This document shows positions 38,051 through 45,504 of a stretch of DNA of 45,504 nt, in pieces. How positions within the stretch are numbered: position 1 is the first letter of the stretch; every line of letters begins with the position of its first letter. This DNA is from a bacterium (GTDB lineage: Bacteria; Bdellovibrionota_C; UBA2361; CALJRW01): contig JANNBC010000057.1 of the NCBI GenBank assembly GCA_031385045.1, positions 1 through 45,504 on the forward strand, read 5' to 3'. The position numbers and the translations under genes were made by a program. The notes beneath the pieces are model-generated. The model searched no databases. It was given only the letters and a program-made list of their open reading frames with translations, and was not told the DNA's origin.

Positions 38051-38450
38051 AGTTAGATATCTAATCATTGGTGGATATGCTGTCATCAATTATACTGAGC
38101 CCAGATATACAAAAGACTTAGATTTATGGATTGATTGTTCAATTACTAACGCAAAAAAAACTCTTTCCGCTTTGACTGCATTTGGTGCTCCAGTATCAAA
38201 TCTTCAAGCTGAAGATCTTGCAAAGCCTGGATTAATTTATGTTTTTGGTGCGCCACCACTTAGAGTCGATATCCTAAATCGTGTATCAGGTGCAACTTTT
38301 AATAATGCCTGGGAAAATAAAAATGTAATTATGCTGGATAAAGTGAAAGCAAACTTTGTTAGCTTGGCAGTATTAAAAAGACTTAAAAAATCAGCGAATC
38401 GCCCAAATGACTTAGCGGATCTTGATAAGTTAAACAAAATCAGACCTTAA
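38004..38450 (+). CDS. Minimal nucleotidyltransferase-fold protein (DUF6036-like)
   Basis: YLIIGGYAV...PRYTKDLDLWI (GG + DxD), RVDIL and KK..NRPNDLADL. Confidence 0.85.
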   Translation: MDPDYLELLQLLNSHKVRYLIIGGYAVINYTEPRYTKDLDLWIDCSITNAKKTLSALTAFGAPVSNLQAEDLAKPGLIYVFGAPPLRVDILNRVSGATFNNAWENKNVIMLDKVKANFVSLAVLKRLKKSANRPNDLADLDKLNKIRP

Positions 38451-38479
38451 GCAAGTTACAGATAGACTATAATCAAGAA

Positions 38480-39664
38480 TTACTTTAGTGCCTTAAAACC
38501 AATAAACCTTTCCAAACTGGCTTTCTGGCTTCCTTGATTAAGAGCGATTTGGATTAATTCATCCAGTAAATCTGTGTATAAAACTTCAGGAGTTGTTTCG
38601 GCCCACAGGTAGAAAGCTAAAGAGCCAGGAAGTGCATTCAGCTCGTTTAGATAAATATTTCCAGTGTTGTTATCATGCATAAAATCGATGCGAACATTAC
38701 CGGACGCATTTAATGCTTTAAAGGCTGTAGTTGCTATGTGTTGCACTTTTTCAATGATTGCCGGGTCTAGGTCCTTTGGATTTATAACACGAGTAAGGCT
38801 CGCCATCCCCTGTGAATCAGGATTCTTTTTGGTACCTGATCGCATGTACTTATCTTCGTATGATAATACTCCCGAATCAGATTGAGGAATTTCCACGACA
38901 GAAGTTTTTACATTACTGCCACTGCCACAAACAGCAATATTAATTTCAAACATCTTGCCCATGAATGGCTCAATCAGAGCCTGCAGATCGTATTTAAAAA
39001 CATTTAGTAAGGCTTTTAGGAGCGAGTCGCGATCTTCCGCTTTAGCAATACCAACGCTAGACCCTCGATTACAAGGCTTCACAAAAATTGGAAAATTTTG
39101 TAGTTCTGGATTAGCAAGAATCTGATCTAAGACAGCATCAGGATTATTAATAAAATCAAATTTCCAAACACACTCCCCGCCAAGGACTGGTACTCCAGCC
39201 GAACGAAGCACCATCTTACAAACATGCTTGTTCATGCAAAGTGCTGCAGACAATAATCCAAAGCCGGTGTAATTAACTTCCGCCATCTCAAAGAGTCCCT
39301 GTATGTTACCATCCTCCCCATTCTCTCCATGAAAGACTGGAAAATAGACATCTACAGGAATAAACTTGGTCTGCTTTGAAGATAAATTTAGCAAACCTGG
39401 CAGACGCGGATGAGGTGGAAGCGTAACTTCCTGAAACTTATTTTTATAAGAATTAAACTTGGGATAAATAGATTTATCTAGCAGGCCTAAACCTGTATAC
39501 CATTTACCGTCAGGTGCAATATAGACAGGGATTAAATTATACTTAGAATCATCTAGCGCTTTAATCATTTGCAAACCGGAGATGATGGAAATCTCGTGCT
39601 CGACAGATCTCCCACCAAACATCACAGCCAGGTTAAGTTTAGAATTTACTTTTGCGTCTTGCAT
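38480..39664 (-). CDS. ddl: D-alanine--D-alanine ligase family protein
   Basis: FGGRSVEHEISIIS, FPVFHG.NGEDG.IQG, VKP..GSSVG, SYEDKY, RIDF and NELNALPG. Confidence 0.92.
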   Translation of the reverse strand: MQDAKVNSKLNLAVMFGGRSVEHEISIISGLQMIKALDDSKYNLIPVYIAPDGKWYTGLGLLDKSIYPKFNSYKNKFQEVTLPPHPRLPGLLNLSSKQTKFIPVDVYFPVFHGENGEDGNIQGLFEMAEVNYTGFGLLSAALCMNKHVCKMVLRSAGVPVLGGECVWKFDFINNPDAVLDQILANPELQNFPIFVKPCNRGSSVGIAKAEDRDSLLKALLNVFKYDLQALIEPFMGKMFEINIAVCGSGSNVKTSVVEIPQSDSGVLSYEDKYMRSGTKKNPDSQGMASLTRVINPKDLDPAIIEKVQHIATTAFKALNASGNVRIDFMHDNNTGNIYLNELNALPGSLAFYLWAETTPEVLYTDLLDELIQIALNQGSQKASLERFIGFKALK

Positions 39665-39690
39665 CTTGAAATTTTCTATTAAAATTTGCC

Positions 39691-41283
39691 TTAAAATTTA
39701 TAGGTTGCTTCATGATAATCACTCAAGTCATTTTCGATTAAGATTATTGTTTCAGGAATTGTTAGCTCAGCTAATCTTTGAAAGGCGATTTCTCGTGTAC
39801 TAGCAACAATTAACTTTTCAGAGCCAACTCCAGCTTGAAAAGCTGTTTTATTAACTGGCCCAACAACAATTACATAATCACAAATTTCAGCTGCCTTAGA
39901 AGCAAGAAATTGATTGATCTCTGATTCTTCTGCCCCAAGCTCAATTACACCTGGAGTCATAATAATCCTTCTTTTCGCCGGCAATTGTTGCATAACTTCT
40001 AAGGCTGACTGAAAGCCTTCTTCGTTCGAATTATAACCGTCATGCAAGTAATATACCGTCCCACCTGCTACTTTAGTTTTTTCGAATGCTAAACGATTAT
40101 TTACAGGTTGAATATTAGCAAATGCTCCAATAATTAATTCTGATTTGGCACCCATAGTTAAGGCTGTAGCAAAAACACAAGTTAAATTACTAACAGCAGC
40201 TCGCCCAAGAAGCTTAGTCTTCACTTGGTAAGTTGTCCCCTGATGTTCAATCTCAAACTTACTACCTTCAAAACTATAGGAAATGTTTTTTGCTAAAAAA
40301 TTAACGTGTGGTTGTGGATTTAATCCGTAAAAAATATTAACTCGACGCTCATGCTCTAAGCCAGCTTTATTAGCTAAAATATTATCCGCATTAACAACTA
40401 AAATTCCGTCTCTTGGAACTGCTCGAGCAAGTTCAGTTTTTGCTTGATAAGTAACATCTTGAGAACCAAAACGCTCTAAATGTTGTTTGCCAATTGCTGT
40501 AATAATTCCAACTGTTGGAGGGGCAAGCTCGCAGAGTTTAGCAATAGATCCTAAACGATAGGCAGCCATCTCAACTACAGCAAAACGGAAACTAGCAGTT
40601 AAACGCTCCCTAATCTCCCGGGTAATACCCATCCGCGAATTTACTCCCGCAGAAGGCCAGAAAGTACTTCCAAGGGTTACTTGTAAAATATCTGCTAAGG
40701 CATTTTTGACACTGGTTTTCCCATAGCTTCCAGTGATCCCAATAATCTGCGGATTTGCTCGGCGAACTATCTGTGCTGCTTCCTCAAAAAATTTAGCTTG
40801 CAGTCTAGCTTCTGCTGGCTCTAAGAGCTTAAGTGTTAAGATGAGAATTCCTGGTAAGATTTGAACGAAAATAATTGCTAGAATTATTTTAATATAGAGT
40901 GCACAACAGCAAAGTGTAACTAATCCTAAGATGATGAGAGTGATAACTTTATAGAGATTAAAAATCTTCTTAGCACGAACGGTGAAATTTAATTTTAATT
41001 TTGCTTGCTGGCGTGGGTCAATTGTTGTGTAGGCAATTATGCCAATTGCAATTGTAGCCAACAACATGGGCAATGCGTAGCAGAGACAATACCAACCAAG
41101 GAGCAGAGCAAGTACTAAAACTCCAGTCACCTTTTTATCAAAAGCTTTATTATCTAAATACCACTTTGCTAGACGCCCCGAAGAATACTCATCTTGTTGA
41201 GCAATCTGTAAAAAGATTAATCCTCTCCTAAAGGCTAAAAAACCAAGGCTTACGGCTAAAATTAAACTTAAAAAGCAATTCAT
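39691..41283 (-). CDS. murF: MurF-like Mur ligase with an N-terminal multi-TM anchor
   Basis: IIGITGSYGKTSVK, VVEM, QHLERFGS, DGYNSN and TPGVIELG; four hydrophobic segments in the first ~150 aa. Confidence 0.8.
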   Translation of the reverse strand: MNCFLSLILAVSLGFLAFRRGLIFLQIAQQDEYSSGRLAKWYLDNKAFDKKVTGVLVLALLLGWYCLCYALPMLLATIAIGIIAYTTIDPRQQAKLKLNFTVRAKKIFNLYKVITLIILGLVTLCCCALYIKIILAIIFVQILPGILILTLKLLEPAEARLQAKFFEEAAQIVRRANPQIIGITGSYGKTSVKNALADILQVTLGSTFWPSAGVNSRMGITREIRERLTASFRFAVVEMAAYRLGSIAKLCELAPPTVGIITAIGKQHLERFGSQDVTYQAKTELARAVPRDGILVVNADNILANKAGLEHERRVNIFYGLNPQPHVNFLAKNISYSFEGSKFEIEHQGTTYQVKTKLLGRAAVSNLTCVFATALTMGAKSELIIGAFANIQPVNNRLAFEKTKVAGGTVYYLHDGYNSNEEGFQSALEVMQQLPAKRRIIMTPGVIELGAEESEINQFLASKAAEICDYVIVVGPVNKTAFQAGVGSEKLIVASTREIAFQRLAELTIPETIILIENDLSDYHEATYKF

Positions 41284-41293
41284 TAGTTATCTT

Positions 41294-42046
41294 TTACTTA
41301 GCTAAAAACTGTCGAATAATTTTGGCGCAATAGTGTGCACCAACATCAGCAAATGGCTCATGTCCTTGGTAAGCCAACACACGCAGCTCCGAATTAGCAA
41401 TTGCTTGCTGATAAGCATTCGCTTGCTCAATTCCAGCTTGAGTATCATTTGCTCCCCAAAGCAGTAAGGTCTTCTGTTTAATCTTAACTGCATATTCTGA
41501 GAGATTTTCGTTCACTGTCTTGACTAAAAGCTTACGTAACTCCCCGGCTCTTTGATAATCACTGGAACCAAATTTTGGAACAAAATAATTTTTAAAGAAA
41601 CTGGTGCGAACAATTTGGTCAATAAATTTTAAAGTCTTAGAAAAATACTTTAAAAACTTTAGTCGAGTTGTTTGCCAAAGAGTCTTCCGTTGCGGAAAGC
41701 CTGGAGTTCCAATTAAGACTAGTTTTTCTGCTAGAATTTCAGGATAAAGAGCTGCTAATTTTACTGAGATTCTTCCACCAAAGGAATGTCCAATTAAAAT
41801 AGGTGTGATTTTTTCTTGTTCAATAAACTGTTTAACGTACTGCACGTAATCAGCCGTTGATGCTTCCTCGCTTAACATTGGAGTTTTTCCAAAGCCAGGT
41901 AAATCTAATAAATAAACTTGATAGTCTTTAGACAAAAACTTGGCTAAATCTAACAAATTTGCCTGAGAATGTTGCCAACCATGGAGCATTAATAATGACT
42001 CGCCATGAGTGCCTAGCTTTTTAAATTGAATGGGATTTTCCGACAT
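41294..42046 (-). CDS. Alpha/beta-fold hydrolase
   Basis: LHGW, DLPGFG, GHSFGG nucleophile elbow, WGAND and GHEP. Confidence 0.92.
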   Translation of the reverse strand: MSENPIQFKKLGTHGESLLMLHGWQHSQANLLDLAKFLSKDYQVYLLDLPGFGKTPMLSEEASTADYVQYVKQFIEQEKITPILIGHSFGGRISVKLAALYPEILAEKLVLIGTPGFPQRKTLWQTTRLKFLKYFSKTLKFIDQIVRTSFFKNYFVPKFGSSDYQRAGELRKLLVKTVNENLSEYAVKIKQKTLLLWGANDTQAGIEQANAYQQAIANSELRVLAYQGHEPFADVGAHYCAKIIRQFLAK

Positions 42047-42177
42047 CTAGCAATGTAATCTAAACTGGAAGTAGACTAACCCATTCGCTCAAATGCATCA
42101 ATAAAATGATTTCAATTAAGAAAGAAATATTTAAAATACAATACTTTATAAATAGGTTTAATTTTTATTGACTAACA

Positions 42178-43173
42178 CTACTTACAACTATTATTAATTA
42201 CCCTTAGTGCACCCTCGATGCTGAGCTTGACGGTTTTAGTTGTGCGATTTGGTGTATCTATTGTATTTTCTAAAAATTGATTACAAACTCTTAATCCTAG
42301 CTCGCGACTAGCTTCCGAGTCTTGGCCAATCTTTCGAATATTTTGGACTAGCTTACGGCCAAGTGTTCCTAAGATAAATTCATCACTATGTAAATCTGGT
42401 TGCAACGGTAAAGTTGTAATAAGATCACAAACAAGACTAACAAATCTTTGATGCCGTGGACTCATCACGGAATATTTTGGCAAACAATCAATCACCCCAG
42501 AAAAATATTTTACTAATGGACTTTGAGCTTCACGATAGCTACCAGCAATCTTTTCTTGAAGTAAGGAGCCTGCAACATCACCAAGAAAAGAGACCTCACC
42601 CCAGCTACTTTTTCCATTTCTAAGTAGCGCCTGAAAGTTCATAACAATACTTTGCTCAATTTTATGATAACGAAAACCACGGAATGACTGAAAAATTGCC
42701 TGACGACAGGACATCGGAAGTCGACAGTCAGCTAGATAATCAATCATCCTGTTTTGCACATCTGGATTATCTAAACATGCTCCAAGAAGCTGAATTCCTT
42801 GAATAAATTCGGTTTGCATCGGCCCTGGAAGAGGTAACTCCGTGTTAGAGCGAGCGATACGATCAAGTTTGCTAAAGACTAAATCTCTTTGATGAATTTG
42901 GATCTCGCGAAAGTCTTTTCTAAATTGAGGAGCTAACTGCTCACGACTTCTAATACTTAAAAGTTCAGCTAATAGATGAACACGCCGAAGATTTCCTTCT
43001 AAGAACTGATTGACCAAGTCATCTACTAATTGTTTTTTTTGTTCAAAACTTGCAACATCTAAAGAATCCTTCTCCACCCTACGAATTGCCTTCATTCCTT
43101 CTGGAAATTCACGATTTAAAAAAAAATCTGATATTTTTTGAGCTATCCAACTTGGCCTGTGACAATCACGCAT
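42178..43173 (-). CDS. Hypothetical protein, predicted largely helical
   Basis: 331-aa ORF with no recognised motif; TGgTAAATT lies 6 nt before the ATG. Confidence 0.7.
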   Translation of the reverse strand: MRDCHRPSWIAQKISDFFLNREFPEGMKAIRRVEKDSLDVASFEQKKQLVDDLVNQFLEGNLRRVHLLAELLSIRSREQLAPQFRKDFREIQIHQRDLVFSKLDRIARSNTELPLPGPMQTEFIQGIQLLGACLDNPDVQNRMIDYLADCRLPMSCRQAIFQSFRGFRYHKIEQSIVMNFQALLRNGKSSWGEVSFLGDVAGSLLQEKIAGSYREAQSPLVKYFSGVIDCLPKYSVMSPRHQRFVSLVCDLITTLPLQPDLHSDEFILGTLGRKLVQNIRKIGQDSEASRELGLRVCNQFLENTIDTPNRTTKTVKLSIEGALRVINNSCK

Positions 43174-43233
43174 CGATTAAATTTACCAAACATAGTGTGC
43201 CTAATCAATTATAATTAATTACTTTTCAAGCAT

Positions 43234-43273
43234 AAAAAAAGCCCCCTAAATCAGTTAAGATCTAGGGGGCTTT
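43234..43273 (-). terminator. Rho-independent terminator of ftsZ
   Basis: AAAGCCCCCTA (43238-43248)/TAGGGGGCTTT (43263-43273) stem, with a T7 run on the minus strand 36 nt after the ftsZ stop. Confidence 0.85.
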
Positions 43274-43309
43274 CATGAGCTAATCTTTTCAAAGATCAGG
43301 AATGAAGTC

Positions 43310-44467
43310 TTACTTTCTTAAAAAAGTAGGAATTTCAAATTTGTCATCAGAACCAGAAAGAACTGAGAACTTTTTAAGTTTCATAACATCATTGTTATCT
43401 TTAGCGGGCTCAGCAGAAGTAGTTGAAGAAACTTCAATCTTAGCAGAGTTAGACATCATTGGCTTACTGCTAGCAACAATTCGGCTAGAAGTATCACGAG
43501 CATGATCTTCAAAACCAGTTGCGATTACAGTTACACGAACTAGATCTTCAATCGCTGGGTCAATCACCATCCCCCAAATGATGTTAGCATCAGGGTGAGC
43601 TTCAGAATGAATTAATTCAGCAGCTTCGTTAATCTCTGGAAGCGTAACATCCATTGAAGAAGTAATATTGATCAAGACACCTTTAGCACCACGAATCGAA
43701 ACGTCTTCTAACAATGGGCTAGAAACAGCTTTTTCAGCAGCTTCTAAAGCGCGGTTTTCGCCACGGCTTTCCCCTGTTCCCATCATCGCCATGCCCATTC
43801 CAGACATAACAGCGCGAACATCAGAGAAGTCAACGTTAACTAAACCTTCACAGATGATTAGGTCAGAAATACCTTTAACAGCTTGGAACAGAACATCATC
43901 AGCTTTCTTGAAAGCTTCGATTAAGGTTGTGTTACGACCAGCAATAGAAAGTAATCTTTGGTTAGGAATTGTGATTAATGTATCAACATGTTTCTTAAGT
44001 TCCTCAAGACCTCTTTCTGCGTTAGACATACGACGACGTCCTTCGAACAAGAAAGGCTTAGTAACAACACCAACAGTTAAGCAACCTAAGTTACGAGCGC
44101 ACTCAGCAACAACTGCCGAAGCAAATGTTCCTGTTCCACCACCCATACCAGCAGTTACGAATACCATGTCGGCACCTTCTAAAGCTGCACGAATTTCTTC
44201 GTAGCTTTCTTTAGCAGAAGCATATCCAACATCTGGATCTGCACCAGCACCAAGTCCGCGAGTGATTTCAGCACCTAATTGAATTTTGTTTACAGCCTTA
44301 GCAGAAGCTAATGCCTGAGCATCCGTGTTGGCAGCGTAGAATTCAACGCCCATCAACCCTGATTCGATCATGTTGTTTACAGCGTTCACACCTGCTCCAC
44401 CGCAACCAAAAACTTTAATGATTGCTTTATTATCTCTTAACTTATTGCGGATACTATCGTCAGACAT
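43310..44467 (-). CDS. ftsZ: Cell division protein FtsZ
   Basis: [53 protein letters not shown] and C-terminal [15 protein letters not shown] Shine-Dalgarno. Confidence 0.98.
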   Translation of the reverse strand: MSDDSIRNKLRDNKAIIKVFGCGGAGVNAVNNMIESGLMGVEFYAANTDAQALASAKAVNKIQLGAEITRGLGAGADPDVGYASAKESYEEIRAALEGADMVFVTAGMGGGTGTFASAVVAECARNLGCLTVGVVTKPFLFEGRRRMSNAERGLEELKKHVDTLITIPNQRLLSIAGRNTTLIEAFKKADDVLFQAVKGISDLIICEGLVNVDFSDVRAVMSGMGMAMMGTGESRGENRALEAAEKAVSSPLLEDVSIRGAKGVLINITSSMDVTLPEINEAAELIHSEAHPDANIIWGMVIDPAIEDLVRVTVIATGFEDHARDTSSRIVASSKPMMSNSAKIEVSSTTSAEPAKDNNDVMKLKKFSVLSGSDDKFEIPTFLRK

Positions 44468-44713
44468 GTGTTACCTCTCCAAAATTGATAAATTTGTTTA
44501 ATTTGCGATTAGATTTAGGGTCTTGCCAACCGAAATTTAAGAAAAAGTTAACTTTTTCAGTTACCTTTAAACTGTAGGCGAATGTACACGAATCTGTATA
44601 GCTAGTAAACATTTTTGGATAATAATATGTTTTTTTAGTTAAATCAGGGGAGTATAAGTCTAAAGGGGTACGGAACTAGCTGATGTTATTATTTTTTGAA
44701 CAAAAATATCCTA

Positions 44714-45504
44714 CTACAGAACATATCGATAATCAATCTGCCTCAATCGTAATTTATAGGAATCAGCATGCCCAAGGTAGCCAGAATACGAACTAAGTGT
44801 CTGTAAAAAGCTTTCTTTGCTGATAAAACCTTTATAATAGGACAACTCACGCTGATTAATCTTTTTAATCATTCTCCTTTTTGTTTTACTCCTAACTACT
44901 TGATGATTAGGCAAAACTACATATCCCAAAAAATCCCACCCCTGAGTTAGCGGACGTAATATTATTTTATGTGGATGCAATTGCAGTTTGAGTCTGACAT
45001 CCAAAAAATCATTAATTTTACTGAGGAACTGTTCCAGTTCTCCATGACTCCGATTTAGAAGAATAAAGTCATCTGCATAGCGTAGATAATGCTTCGCTTG
45101 CAATTCATGTTTTATAAACTGATCCAATTCGTTTAAGTAGATATTTGTAAAGATTTGAGAAGTAAGATTGCCAATTGGCAAACCTTTACCTTTTAACCCT
45201 TCAATATTAAAACTAGTGACAACTTTTTCTAGTAACAACAAAGCCTGTTCGTCGTGAATCTGCTGACTCAAGATATCTAATAATAACCTATGATCAACGC
45301 TATCATAAAATTTTCGAACATCACATTTTAAGCCCCAAAGATTATGAGTGAAATTACGACTCGCCTTTCCAATCATTTTATTTAAGTTTTTAACAGCTAA
45401 GTGGGTTCCTTTTCCAATACGACAAGAATAGGAGTGAAAAAATAACTTTGGCTCGAAGATTAACGCCAATTGATTATAAACACTTTGGTGGACTACGCGA
45501 TCTC
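44714..45504 (-). CDS. Reverse transcriptase of the DGR type, 5'-truncated by the window edge
   Basis: The frame is open to the edge (DRVVHQSVYNQLALIFEP...). Motifs: SYSCRIGKGTH, KCDVRKFYDSVDH, GLPIGNLTSQ, YLRYADDF, LHPHK, DFLGY and C-terminal SY.GYL.HADSYKL. Confidence 0.9.
   Translation of the reverse strand, partial: DRVVHQSVYNQLALIFEPKLFFHSYSCRIGKGTHLAVKNLNKMIGKASRNFTHNLWGLKCDVRKFYDSVDHRLLLDILSQQIHDEQALLLLEKVVTSFNIEGLKGKGLPIGNLTSQIFTNIYLNELDQFIKHELQAKHYLRYADDFILLNRSHGELEQFLSKINDFLDVRLKLQLHPHKIILRPLTQGWDFLGYVVLPNHQVVRSKTKRRMIKKINQRELSYYKGFISKESFLQTLSSYSGYLGHADSYKLRLRQIDYRYVL

Noticed and set aside
38480..39664. Ddl as a VanA-type D-Ala-D-Lac ligase
   Set aside because: The omega-loop Tyr (YEDKY) is retained and there are no vanH, vanX or vanRS genes nearby.
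43302..44204. Plus-strand ORFs antisense to ftsZ (and similar short ORFs within the nuo genes, nagZ, anmK, ctpA, ddl and the acidic protein)
   Set aside because: Shadow ORFs fully overlapping well-supported genes, with no motifs of their own.
44468..44713. DGR template repeat or group II intron domain V/VI downstream of the RT
   Set aside because: No AAC-rich codon-like tract, no second copy seen in the window and no recognisable domain V hairpin; it looks like the ftsZ promoter region.

Overview
AT-rich bacterial chromosomal segment, probably from a diderm (LPS heptosyltransferase-like gene; gene content loosely suggests a former-Deltaproteobacteria/Bdellovibrionota-like lineage, which is only an inference). 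From left to right: the end of an IS3-family element inserted beside a second, decayed IS3 orfA fragment; a lipoprotein, a beta-CASP metallo-beta-lactamase nuclease and a Lys/Ala-tailed HU; a complex I cluster (nuoCDEFG, then nuoH and nuoJKLMN; nuoA, nuoB and nuoI absent) split by two opposite-strand genes and palindromic repeats; a 105-bp tandem hairpin array; Yip1 and HelD-like genes; cell-wall recycling and envelope genes (AmpD-like amidase, NagZ, GT9, LTA-synthase-family sulfatase, HAD phosphatase, AnmK, CtpA); a catalase remnant; orphan ORFs including a 1329-aa very acidic protein; a small-ORF/nucleotidyltransferase pair; an alpha/beta-hydrolase/membrane-anchored MurF/Ddl trio; ftsZ with an altered tubulin signature (GGGTGTF); and, cut by the right edge, a reverse transcriptase with diversity-generating-retroelement (DGR) motifs. 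The best leads are the DGR-type RT directly upstream of ftsZ (no template or variable repeat found in the window) and a dispersed family of multi-hairpin non-coding elements whose stems are kept while their sequence changes. All calls come from motif recognition by eye; no searches were run.
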